Source of the DNA: Tubiluchus corallicola
Taxonomy: Eukaryota > Animalia > Priapulida
DNA length: 64,000 nucleotides
Assembly (NCBI GenBank): GCA_030141605.1
Contig: JAQGDQ010000882.1
Location: forward strand, 1-64,000
Direction of reading: 5' to 3'
Below, piece after piece: positions 12,788 through 29,600 of the stretch. The translations under genes and the position numbers were made by a program. The notes beneath the pieces are model-generated. The model had not been told where the DNA came from and ran no database searches. It was given only the letters and a program-made list of their open reading frames with translations. The stretch's first letter is position 1. The number at the start of each line of letters is the position of its first letter.

Positions 12788-13095
12788 CGGAGCGTTATGA
12801 ACTAGAGGATGAAAGCAAAGAAGAGAATTGGAGAAAACAGCACAGCAGAGACAGAGAGAATTGATTCTAACTAGCCGCTTCATTAGCGATTTAACAGCAT
12901 GCTTATCTCAGCGGTAAAACAAACGACTTGCAGATTAAAACAACAGATGGCGTTGATGGTACAGCGTTTAAACTTAACGTAAACACAAAACAAGTAATAG
13001 ACTTTCAGCCACTGATAAATAAACACCAGACTCAGTAACTTCTACCCATTTATTATTATTTAGATTGGAATGAGAATAATCACATGGTTAAGAAC

Positions 13096-13533
13096 CAGGG
13101 GCGGAACTAGGGGGGAGCGAGGGGGGGGGGGGGCGCCCCCCCGTCAAAATTTGCGCCCCATGCAAAATCGGACAAATAATTTTTTTGCAGTGAAAATTGC
13201 AGTTCGCATGTAATCATTTTCAATATGAATTAGAATTAGGTAAAAAAATGTTTGGTAGATTCAGTGTATTATTTTCTTAAAACTTGTGCGTGATAAATTT
13301 CTGTAAATAACAATTTAGTTAGAGGCACATTAATAACGTTAGGTTAACTGAGAGTTAATTTTCTCATTATTGCTCTGTCCGCTACGCCGTCCTACACACA
13401 TGCTAATTATAGGCCTGCATGCAGTATAAAAGGGGTTAAAAATTGGCTTAACCATTATTTAACCACTTCGGATACCTCGCCCTCCCAGAAAATTTTTGCG
13501 CCCCCCTGCTTGCCACATCTAGTTCCGGCCCTG
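13096..13533. mobile_element. hAT-like MITE
   Basis: TIRs caggggcggaactag / ctagttccggccctg; 8-bp flanks ttaagaac / gtaagaac (7/8 match). Confidence 0.8.
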
Positions 13534-14757
13534 GTAAGAACAAACACTGAGATGTACATGTGTGATACGTATCACTACAGTCATGAACAAACCAAGCTGC
13601 ACGTGATTCTTATCACTGTCTAAACAGCCTGTTCTAGCACCTGCCGTGCAGTGTGAACCGGTCTAGAGCATTCAGGTAATGTAGGAAGTAATTTCCACGT
13701 TGTAACAGTTTAGTAAACAAACTCAGTCTTTCTGCATTATTTCTTTTATATAATTTCACAAGTTAACTTTATTGTTTTTAAAGAAAAATATATAAATAAA
13801 AAATCTCTGAAGCATGGTGTTTGCTAAAAGGATCTTAGTCTTAAGACTAAAATTGTTGTCTCAAATTAGTGGTAAGCATTGAACAGGGTTCCCACAGAAT
13901 TTTAAAATAAACTTCACTGATTTTTCCCTGACCAAATATTGATTCTCCATGGCCAAGATAAGCAGAAATTGCATTACCAGTAAACATATTCAAACATTTT
14001 TGTGTATGGACATCGATACATACACTGATATATAATGTGTTAGCACAGTTGCAGTAGAGCTAACGAAATTACACTAACCACATTAAATAAACTTTCTTAA
14101 TCCAATCATTATTTTTTGAACAGAAATCGAAACTGGGAGCCTGTCATAGCAAAATTTTATTCGAACACGAATTGCTGAAAAATATGTTTGGAAAAATATC
14201 ATGGTGACTGTTTTTGCAACCCTTTCCAATTTCCTAGACTTTTGCGGGCATCGCCATCATTTTCCCCAACCTTTCATCAAATTATCTTTTTCCCTGACTT
14301 TTACATGGCTATCCAGGATAACCTGTATTTTCATAATCTTAGCTGAAATTTGATTAAAACCTAAAATTATAGATTCGAATACTTGAGCGCTTCGACCACA
14401 TACGTTCGTTACCATTAAAATGTTTGAAACATCACGCATTCGGGACAAATTAGCTGCAATGTTTGTGCAGATTTTTTAAACAAATTATTAGAGTTTTTAC
14501 TACGGAATAGAATCAAGCAACATGCACAATCTTTGTGACACTGCTTTTTATTAATGATTCGAAAATGTTTAAAACCGATTTCGAATTCGAAATTGCTTTT
14601 TTGGTAGAGAATGCTTACCCTTATCTCCAGTATGTATATTATACAATTTTGTAGTGATTATTTGTCATAATTTAAAAAAGTACATTTGAGTTCGAACGAT
14701 AAAGTTAATACTATTACGAACAAAGGTAAATAACTAGTACCATGTATAAAAATTTAA

Positions 14758-15696
14758 TACACTCGTATTACAGTTTGCCGAACAAAAGCGGGGAGACGTC
14801 GGTCCGAATTTACAGCTTGTCCGTATTTTCCGATACTAAGCTAATACAGTAGGCGCCGTGCATTAGACTCATGGTAACGTAGAATCAATCACTTTAATTG
14901 TCTCAAATATCTGAATCACCTTGCAAAATAACGGCGGGACTTTCGGACAAAATCTGGTCCGCTAAAAGTCCCGCCGTTATTTTGCAAGGTGATTTGAGTC
15001 ATCAATTTCAGTCACGTTGCAAAATAACTGTGGGGCTTTCGGACAAAATCTGGTTCGCTAAAAGTCCCGCCGTTATTTTGCAAGGTGATTTGAGTCATCA
15101 GTGTATTAAATTTTATTTGAGTCACCTTGCAAAATAACGGCGGGACTTTCGGACAAAATCTGGTCCGCTAAAAGTCCCGCCGTTATTTTGCAAGGTGATT
15201 TGAGTCATCAGTGTATTAAATTTTATTTGAGTCACGTTGCAAAATAACGGCGGGACTTTCGGACAAAATCTGGTCCGCTAAAAGTCCCGCCATTATTTTG
15301 CAAGGTGATTTGAGTCATCAGTGTATTAAATTTTATTTGAGTCACCTTGCAAAATAACGGCAGGACTTTCGGACAAAATCTGGTCCGCTAAATGTCCCGC
15401 CGTTATTTTGCAAGGTGATTTGAGTCATCAGTGTATTAAATTTTATTTGAGTTACCTTGCAAAATAACGGCGGGACTTTTGGACAAAATCTGGTCCGCTA
15501 AAAGTCCCGCCGTTATTTTGCAAGGTGATTTGAGTCATCAGTGTATTAAATTTTATTTGAGTCAACTTGCAAAATAACGGCGGGACTTTTCTGGTCCGCT
15601 AAAAGTCCCGCCATTATTTTGCAAGGTGATTCAGATTTTGTCCAAATTTTCCGATATACGTAAAAGCGAGGTCCGGCAAACCGAGATATGAGTGTA
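14758..15696. mobile_element. MITE (TACACTC...GAGTGTA termini) containing an internal array of palindromic units
   Basis: Imperfect TIRs tacactcgtat...gtttgccg; related element without the array at 45994-46440. Confidence 0.7.
14914..15632. repeat. 110-bp tandem repeat of long inverted repeats (~6.5 units)
   Basis: Each unit: tcaccttgcaaaataacggcgggacttt-loop-aaagtcccgccgttattttgcaaggtga plus spacer; unit starts at 15122, 15232, 15342, 15452, 15562. Confidence 0.9.
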
Positions 15697-17245
15697 TCTT
15701 CAAATCATATTTCCTGTTTTTGCTTCCTGCGTTGCTCACTGAACTGATAAAGTTAAAAAACAAATCACCATCTAAAACATCCAATTCTAAGTTGAACGGT
15801 ATAACTAAATGACGGAAAAACTGCTTGCACAAAAGTCCAAAGTCCTAAAATGGCTTCGCACTTTGGCTTAATGCGTTTGCTGATGATAATTTTACTTGGC
15901 TTCCGAGACTTGACTACACCAAGCAACCGTTGAGTGAATTAAGCGACTAACACTAAATTTTGTCCTGGGTTGACACTATTCACTACTTGATAGGGACGAG
16001 CATCGAACGTTCGAATTTGATTCAAACAAGTTTTTTTCGTTCGAATTATAGATTCGAATAATTCAGCACTTCAACGACATACGCTCTTCATCATCAAAAT
16101 GTTTCAAACATCTTGCAATTAGTGCAGTTTAGCTATGATTTCCGTGCACAATGTTTAAACAAATTATCAGTGGTTTTACTGCAGAGCAAAATCCAGCAAC
16201 ATGCATGATCTTTGTAAGACCAGTAATACTTTCACTGTAATGTTTCACATTTTTTGAAGAGTTCATCACAACCAAGATGCCCTTTGGACAATTTAAAAAT
16301 AAAACAAGGTCTATGGTAATGACAATTAGAGAAGGGATTGCTTGAATGGTCAGTACTCAACGTTTGCCATTGTGTTTTGCCAACATTGAATAAGGCCGGC
16401 CACAAAAAAATTGTTTTTACCTCACCTCATCAGCTCAAAAGATGTCAGTAGGGAGGGAGGAAAAATTTTTTGAAGCTTGTGAATGTTTAAAGCTGAATCG
16501 TGGAATATTTAAAATCAGTTGAAATCAAATTTTTCGCATTTCTACGCTTCATTTTCTAGTTTTGTATTATTAAATCATCATAATTATCGATTATTGTATA
16601 GTTTCTTTGTTTTGTATCTAGAATGCACGTATACTCTGATAATTATGTTATAAGCGGTAACACTACTCGGCCGTTAATACACCGATTTGGCGGAAAATTT
16701 GATACTTTTTAGCCTCCAATTCAATGAGCATCATACAAAACGGCAACCCTGGGCAAAAGTTAGCAGCGGAAAAACATGGCGGTGTCCTGCATTCCCGCGT
16801 TGTAATAATTATTGCGTTTTACACTTTAAATTTAAAAAAATACGCTTTTACATGACTGCATCACGTAATCGTACAAAAAAAATTATAAAATTCCCGGCTT
16901 GGTGTGCGATAGAAAATATTACCGGGCGATTAGACGGAAACTAAAGCATTATTATGGTCGGTCTAACTGGACACAGAGGTCCGATAAAGCGCAGAATGTG
17001 ACGGGGCAGCAAAGATGCTACTTAATGGAGCGAGTATCAATATTAATGAGTGATTAATATACTTAAGGTAAAATTAACAAAGCTACTGTACAACATAACT
17101 TACCTACGTGAGTTTGTTTCGCATAACATTACACATCAGACGAAGCCAGTTTTCTATGCGGGTCGACACACCTACAAACACGAAGCTTGTGTTAGACTCC
17201 TAGTTCATACATAAATACAACAAACAGAAAAATGAGACAATGCAA

Positions 17246-17764
17246 CAGGGGTGTGCAAACTATGGCCCGCAAAGAGATTTGTCAACCTAATGAAAGTGCG
17301 GCCCGCTGAGAGAATTTGTGCGACCCGCGAAGAGATTTGTCAACCTAATGAAAGTGCGGCCCGGGCGATTAATTGAGTGTATCCAGCTGAAGTCCGTGCC
17401 ACGATCCCAAAGATAGTGCGGGTAGTTTTTTCTACTAGATCGGATGCCATTAACCCTTACAAGATGGTTGTAGCTTAATGTCACTGTACTACACAGACTG
17501 TGTGATACACATTACTAATATGCATTGTAATGAAATTACCACTATCTGTCCTGAAAGTAGAAATATGTGGTTTGTAATATAGATTTTAATAACATCTAAA
17601 ATAGTCTCTTGAGTGTAGTAGTAATGATGTACGCAGGTCGGATGCAAAAAAAATCATTATTAGGCCTTGCTGTACTTGGCTCCTTGATCAAACTGCCTGT
17701 GGCCCGCAGGAATTGCGGGAAAGTTTAATGTGGCCCGGCTAGTCAGATAATTTGCACACCCCTG
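17246..17764. mobile_element. hAT-like MITE (CAGGGGTGTGCAAA TIR), copy 1
   Basis: TIRs caggggtgtgcaaa / tttgcacacccctg; near-identical copy at 53050-53549. Confidence 0.85.
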
Positions 17765-18315
17765 GGCTATACACAGTCAAACACCTTTATAAATTTATAC
17801 TGTCTACTTTGGGACTGGAAAAAAGTTGGCGTTACAGTGAGGTAAATTAATATATACGTGTCTACGCAAATATGGACATTTTCTTTAGCCAAATATACGG
17901 GCGTTAAAGCAAAATCCACAATACATTCATGAGTGCAAACCTTTCATTTTTACACACTAGGGTCACCATTTAAATGTATAAACTAATTTAAACGCAAAAC
18001 GTGTTTTAGAAATTAAAACCGTATCAAATTGATTGGTGACATGCTTATCAAAATCGTATTGCAAATTTTTATCGTGTATCAAAATCGTATCGCAAATTGG
18101 TATTGTTTATCGAAGTGGTATTGCAAATTCTTATCGTTTATCCAAATCGTATCGCAATTTTTTGTAAGGTGCTTATCAAAATTGTATCGCAAATTCTTAT
18201 CGTTGAACAAAATTGTATCGCAACTTTAGTATCGATTCCCGTCACTGGACTGATGATAGTCACAACGCAATCTTTTTTTGCATTTGGTCCATTTGAGGCA
18301 GAATCACCCAGCAAC

Positions 18316-18832
18316 AGGGATGAGAATGACAAATTGCAAAAAGCTCTGAAACAGGCCGGGGGGTTGGGGGCCGCGTAGGCCCCCATGGGGGTTCAAGGGG
18401 GGGCAAAGCCCCCTTGCAGTTAGCAACAAATAGCAATTTTGTGACCATAGAGAGCCTCTAAGTTGACTTAAAATATCAGTTACCTTGTTTCATGCATAAT
18501 TTAAAATACCCAACTATCAAGGATACATGATACCTAATTGTCTCAAAAACGCCTAAGTACTGGCCACTCCTATGCAAAAGTATACAAATCTTGACTCAAA
18601 TAACTCCGCACAATTGATTCTACATATTTTTATACATAGAGATATACACGTGGTTACACTGATGTACATGATGTAAACAAAGTAACGGCCTGCCAACTAG
18701 CGGTCAGTTTGTGAAATAATGTACTGGGTCCGTAAAAATTTTCTCAAATCAATTTACGCGATTTACAAAAACGGCACTACTGGTCTTCCAAAAACTCGGA
18801 ATTCCGCGTATTCGCGGAAAACTCTCATCCAT
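18316..18832. mobile_element. Non-autonomous DNA element (CAGGGATGAGA termini), copy 1
   Basis: Related copies at 20813-21255 and, inverted, at 44390-44872. Confidence 0.8.
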
Positions 18833-18971
18833 GTGCTCACATAAACAAGAGGTCAGTCAATCTCTGCATGGGTCAATATTACAACATCTAAATGAACGCC
18901 TTTAATTGGCTTATGTAAAAAGCACTAACTGGAATAAACGCCTTTAATTGCCTTGTGTAAAAAGCATATAG

Positions 18972-19052
18972 GCATAGCTCAGAGCGCTGTGTGTTAAAAT
19001 CAGCTGTATTTCATACTTGGTAAGCAGATAAAGACTATCATCATCGCTATGC
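18972..19052 (-). ncRNA. Box C/D snoRNA, SNORD48-like (predicted guide for the 28S position equivalent to human Cm1881), copy 1
   Basis: Minus strand gcatagc-g-ATGATGA...tctgcttaccaagt-ATGA(D')...cacagcgct-CTGA-gctatgc: 7-bp terminal stem and C/D boxes. Both antisense elements match the conserved 28S stretch UUGGUAAGCAGAACUGGCGCUGUG. The 3' end resembles human SNORD48 (cgcagcgctctga, recalled). Confidence 0.85.
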
Positions 19053-19356
19053 ACATATATGGAGATGTAATCTAACACCGACCTATACCATTCCTAATTC
19101 ACTGAGCAGCAAAATTACAGGAACAATTCATAAAGTTATATATAAGCAATTAAATATAAGCTATCGTCTTTAGAAATATTAGGGGAAGGAATTTTAAATA
19201 AGATTTATTATTCAAATATTCATGGAAAATGATTTGAGTGATCGGATATCCGACCCTGGGATATTATTCGTCATCGCTGATCGTGGTAGCCCACAGGTGG
19301 AAGTAGATAAAAAACAAAAGACTGCACAGCAGTTACTGTACCACAGTGTGTGTTAA

Positions 19357-19952
19357 CCCTTTCACTACAGAAATCGGCACAGTGCCGCCTATGTTTTTCA
19401 TGCAAGGGACGGAACGCAGTAGACTGCACTAAGCGCAGTCACTCAGATCTGTTTATTTCACTGCTACAGCCATGGAAATCATTGTAGAAAAGTTTAGCAT
19501 CCGTGGGATTGGGGTTGCTTCGCAACAAGTAACGCTAACCAGCCAATCAGCGTCTGAAGCCAGGTGCATTCCACAATACTGTACTGTATGGTATGTTCCC
19601 ACGCAAAATCACTCGTAGATCGTTTACAAAACGTATGTTTAGCTGACTGTTTTCCTTCTTATAAAATGAGTGCATATTAGGGATTAGTGTTATTTTGTGA
19701 AAACTGATTTCTAAATATAAGTACATGCTTGTGCGTGCGTGTGTGTGTGAGTGTGCGTGTATGTGTGCATAAAGGCATGTATGTGTGCTCTCATGTGCAG
19801 AAATAAAACAAATAGTTAATATTAGTACGTAATAACAAACAACTATTTGTTTATTTACAAGATTCCGTTTTAGTAACACACCACAAGAAGTTACTGCCAA
19901 GTGTGCAAAAGCCAATGTCGCCCAGTTAAAAAGTAACGACGTAGTGAAAGGG
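19357..19952. mobile_element. piggyBac-like MITE
   Basis: TTAA flanks both sides; TIRs ccctttcactac / gtagtgaaaggg. Confidence 0.8.
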
Positions 19953-20812
19953 TTAATTGTTGACGCACGAGCACTGCTGAGTTGGAGTGATAAATTTACC
20001 AGCACACAAGTTTCTCTTTAGACTGAACTAAATGCCATCTATTAACTCAAGTTTAAATGAGCTGCACTCGTAAACGACTAAACGCTGAGCTTCTTCATAT
20101 TTCATTTTTACTCATACGTAAACATTCTACAAGGTTTGAATGCATTTTTTCAAAACGTTCCCATACCAAGTTCTAAACTCTTTGGTGCCATAATCATGAC
20201 TAAGTACTTAAGTCCAGTAAACCCGACTGTTAGGGCCAGTGTGAACCTGACTTAATAAATTTTCATTTTGTAGCGAAGGTGGCTCCATCTAGCTAGAAAG
20301 TTTAAAGTGTGGGCACTGACCTAGTTACGTTTTTCATTATGCTGTTCTGTTGAATGAGTGAACATGTGTCTTTAACAAGCTAGCGAAATTTTTCATTAGA
20401 TATGCCGCAATGATGTAAGTTTACTTCTATTAATTTTTATTTTTATTTATTCATTGATTCATTATTCATTACCAATCTAACTAAATTAGCCAATGTCAGT
20501 CACTTTTGCCTTTCTATTTTTTTGTTTCAAATGTTGCAGAAATAAAGATCAGTGGTTTATATGAAAATTCAACTGAGACTTTTGAAGTTGTTATAAATGC
20601 CTCTCTGAGACACTAATACCGACGTCCCAGTGAACTGCCTAGGGCAGTGAGCTGATTGTTATTTTTCCGCCACACACTGGCATAGAGGGCGGAAGTGAGC
20701 GTGTGGCACTGAATTGAATTAAATCGTGGCGTTCAACATGTGGTCAATCGCTGTTCACCTATAGGATAAGAGAATACTAAAAAATCATTGGAACTATGCG
20801 TGCACTTTCCTC

Positions 20813-21255
20813 AGGGATGAGAATGACAAATTGCAAAAAACTCTGAAACAGGTTGAGGGTTTTAGGGCCGGCAAGAAATTACAATTTTGTGACCATAGAG
20901 AGCCTCTAAATGAACTTACAATATCAATTACCTTGTTTCATGCATAATTTAAAATACCCAACTATCAAGGATACATGATACCTAATTTTCTCAAAAACAC
21001 CTAAGTACTGGCCGCTCCTATGCAAAAGTATGTAAAAACTGTCTGCAGTTGACTCAAATAATTCTGCACAATTGATTCTATATTTTTATACATAGAGATA
21101 TACACGTGGTTACACTGATGTACGTGATGTAAACAAAGTGACGGCCTGCCAACTAGCAAAAATTTTCTCAACGAATTTACGCGATTTACAAAAATGGCAC
21201 TACTGGTCTTCCAAAAACTAGGAATTCCGCGTATCCGCGGAAAATTCTCATCCCT
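20813..21255. mobile_element. Non-autonomous DNA element (CAGGGATGAGA termini), copy 2
   Basis: cagggatgaga...tctcatccctg; high similarity to 18316-18832. Confidence 0.8.
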
Positions 21256-21755
21256 GCTAAAAATGATCAATATTGTCTTAGTGACTGCAAGTATATGCCA
21301 GTGTGTTTTGTCTTAGACGAATGGAGCTTTAACTTTCAAATTCAAATTCAAAACGTGCATTGATTTCCACATTCATCATATAACTGAGGCAAGTAAATGT
21401 ATTTAATTATCACAATGGAAATAGGATGGCGAAAGACCAAGAAGGTCAACTAGTCAAGCCATCCTTCAATGGATGTGTGTGATTATTGGGATGACACTGT
21501 AGCTATTTCACTCATGAATAGTAGTGAAATGACATTATTACTATCTTACTTAGCAACTTGATCTGTTTAAAATTCTCTAATCAACTTTGAATAATTGAAG
21601 GATGAAAATGCGATCAAAGATATCTAAAAATACAGGCAAATGATAAACAAAAAGCAATGGTAAGCAAAACCCCAATAAAGTGGTACAAATGAATATAAAA
21701 ATGATCAAGACATTTCAATACAAGACGCTTCAAGACAATATATAAGCAAGAACAG

Positions 21756-21837
21756 GCATAGCTCAGAGCGCTGTGTGTTAAAATCAGCAGTTAGTCATAC
21801 TTGGTAAGCAGATACTGGTTTATCATCATCGCTATGC
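21756..21837 (-). ncRNA. Box C/D snoRNA, SNORD48-like, copy 2
   Basis: Same stem, boxes and both guide elements as 18972-19052; differences are confined to spacer segments. Confidence 0.85.
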
Positions 21838-23639
21838 ACTGTTCACTATTCAAATACAGTTTTCAATTATGTGAAGATATAAATGTAAATGACCAATCAT
21901 AAAACGACTCAGAACAATGTGTCAGCTTTTTCATCATATGTTTCCTGAGCGGATTTTAGCGACACAAAATCCTGTCAGCCTGACTCTAAAAATTGTACTT
22001 AAATAATTCGTATAGTTAGCGCCACCACCTACTAGAATATTCAACATAAATAATGCACCCAGAGAAGACTGGAGGGGTCATTTATGCTTAACCCCTAACC
22101 ACGCTGTAAGCTGAGACGCTAAATATATTGCGGCGAAGATAAAACAGCAGAATATTCAAAAAAATTGCGTTTTAATTGTTGTTGTAAGCACCATAAAGAA
22201 ATCAGTCAGTTATGTATTACATTTGTTAATCCTGAAATAAATAATTTTAAGGCTTACTAGAGCTAAACTTTTCGAAGAACATGAACAAAAAAATCGGCAA
22301 AAGCACATTGACAGACTTCGGAAATAATAAAAGTAAGCTCCGATTTTAAAACATACAACTGCAGTCAAGCCAATGATTGCAGGACAATTCTGTTTTGCCT
22401 GCGCCTGGACCAAAGATAAAATTCCATATTCACCCTAATAGTCAGCTCGCACTGTTTTCAAACTTACTGATTATCATTTTTTGCTCGAGTTACTTTAGAG
22501 ACCACACTCGAGTACCCAAATTATTACTACTAGCCACAGATTGAGATGAAGCGCTTGCACACAAACTCATCCAAATCTGTGCTACTAGCTCAAACGATTG
22601 CAGCTTTGTTATCCCTATATTTATTTTTTAACGATATTTTTTATTGTCCTAATTATTTATAATTTAGTCTATAATTTTATATTGTGCAATATTGTACACC
22701 ATGATTTGTTTCTTGTCCTAATTATTTAATGACTTGCTTTTTTATAATCTATTTATAATAATATGTTTGGTAGACTACTGATTTCAATGAAACTCATGTA
22801 GAAGCCTTGACAAATCTGTATACTTCAATAAGCCTGTAAACATACAGATGTCATTGGTAAAATTTACTTCAATTCTGCCTCTACAGAAATATGGTATGCA
22901 TATCACGCTTGTAACATAATTAGTTTTCTATGTTCTTGGTAGATTAATTTTTGCATAAATTTGAGTTGTTTACTCACACATTATCTCCACAAAGAGGTCT
23001 TGGTCTTGTAACAAATTTTCAGTCAGTTTTGATATTGTGATGTAGCATTAAACTATTATCCGTATTCTTGTTACTTATAGCGGAATAGATGGCTACTAGT
23101 TTTACTCGAGATTTATAGGAACTAGCATAAGCATACGAGCTATGTCCGTGTTTATAAATATAAGTTGGTGAATTTCACATGTTTAACTGTGCTAGAACAA
23201 AGGAAATAAGAAAAAATTTAACGATTTGCACTTTACCAAAAAAAATTTGACAATTGACAATTTTTTTGACAATTGAAATGACAATGTCCATGTGTAAATC
23301 TGCTCATATGATTTTAAACGTGTATCGATAATTGCTATCAAAAATATTGTTATTGATTTACATATAATTATCAGCTGCACTTCGATTCATCCTCCCGTTG
23401 TTTCTAGAGGCTTTTTTGTAAAATCTGCTGTAATGATTCATTTACTGTGTTAACAAAACTACTACTACAACAACGCCAGAGAGTAACTCAATGCTTCGCA
23501 TTCCTTACTACATGAAGCAGACGTTTGAAACACACAAATGCAACACACATATTTCCAAGGCAAGCCACATTCGATGGGTTCGAATTTATTTAAGCTATAA
23601 TCAATAAAATACAATAATCAATCAGCCCATTGTTGTTTT

Positions 23640-29510
<5,871 letters not shown>

Positions 29511-29600
29511 TTCTACAACGTGCTGGAAGCAAAAGGCCGTTCCCAAAATGCATTGCCGTCTCGTTGGTTCTCGAAACGAGAATACGAGATTTTGGTAAAA
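29511..29600. promoter_or_regulatory. Compact bidirectional promoter RPS23/ATP6AP1 with 5'TOP/TCT-type start
   Basis: Minus-strand ccttttgcttcc at ~29536-29525 just before the RPS23 ATG; ATP6AP1 ATG at 29601 sits in AAAATGGCG (YY1-like); tctcg/cgaga inverted repeat at 29559-29589. Confidence 0.75.

Larger units (their letters stand above)
18841..22415 (-). ncRNA. Putative non-coding snoRNA host transcript (candidate exons 22415-22357, 21623-21550, 18887-18841)
   Basis: Pyrimidine start (atCTTTGG) at 22415 then GTATGT donor; ttttag|...|GTAAGA mini-exon; catttag|...|GTGAGC mini-exon. The snoRNA 3' ends lie ~130 and ~84 nt upstream of these acceptors. No ORF. Exon model is inference. Confidence 0.45.

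Noticed and set aside
14914-15632. CRISPR-like palindromic repeat array
   Set aside because: The spacers are identical rather than unique, no cas genes are present, and the context is eukaryotic; it is a tandem repeat inside a MITE.
21410-21540. Two hairpins (aggatggc/gccatcct and atttcact/agtgaaat) in the putative host intron
   Set aside because: Structured, but box motifs and rRNA complementarity could not be established by eye.
21860-21995. Possible additional snoRNA (ATGATGA...CTGA plus ggatttt/aaaatcc hairpin, minus strand)
   Set aside because: C-to-D spacing is only ~20 nt, with no upstream C box or terminal stem; the H/ACA reading is also unconvincing. Not supportable without covariance search.
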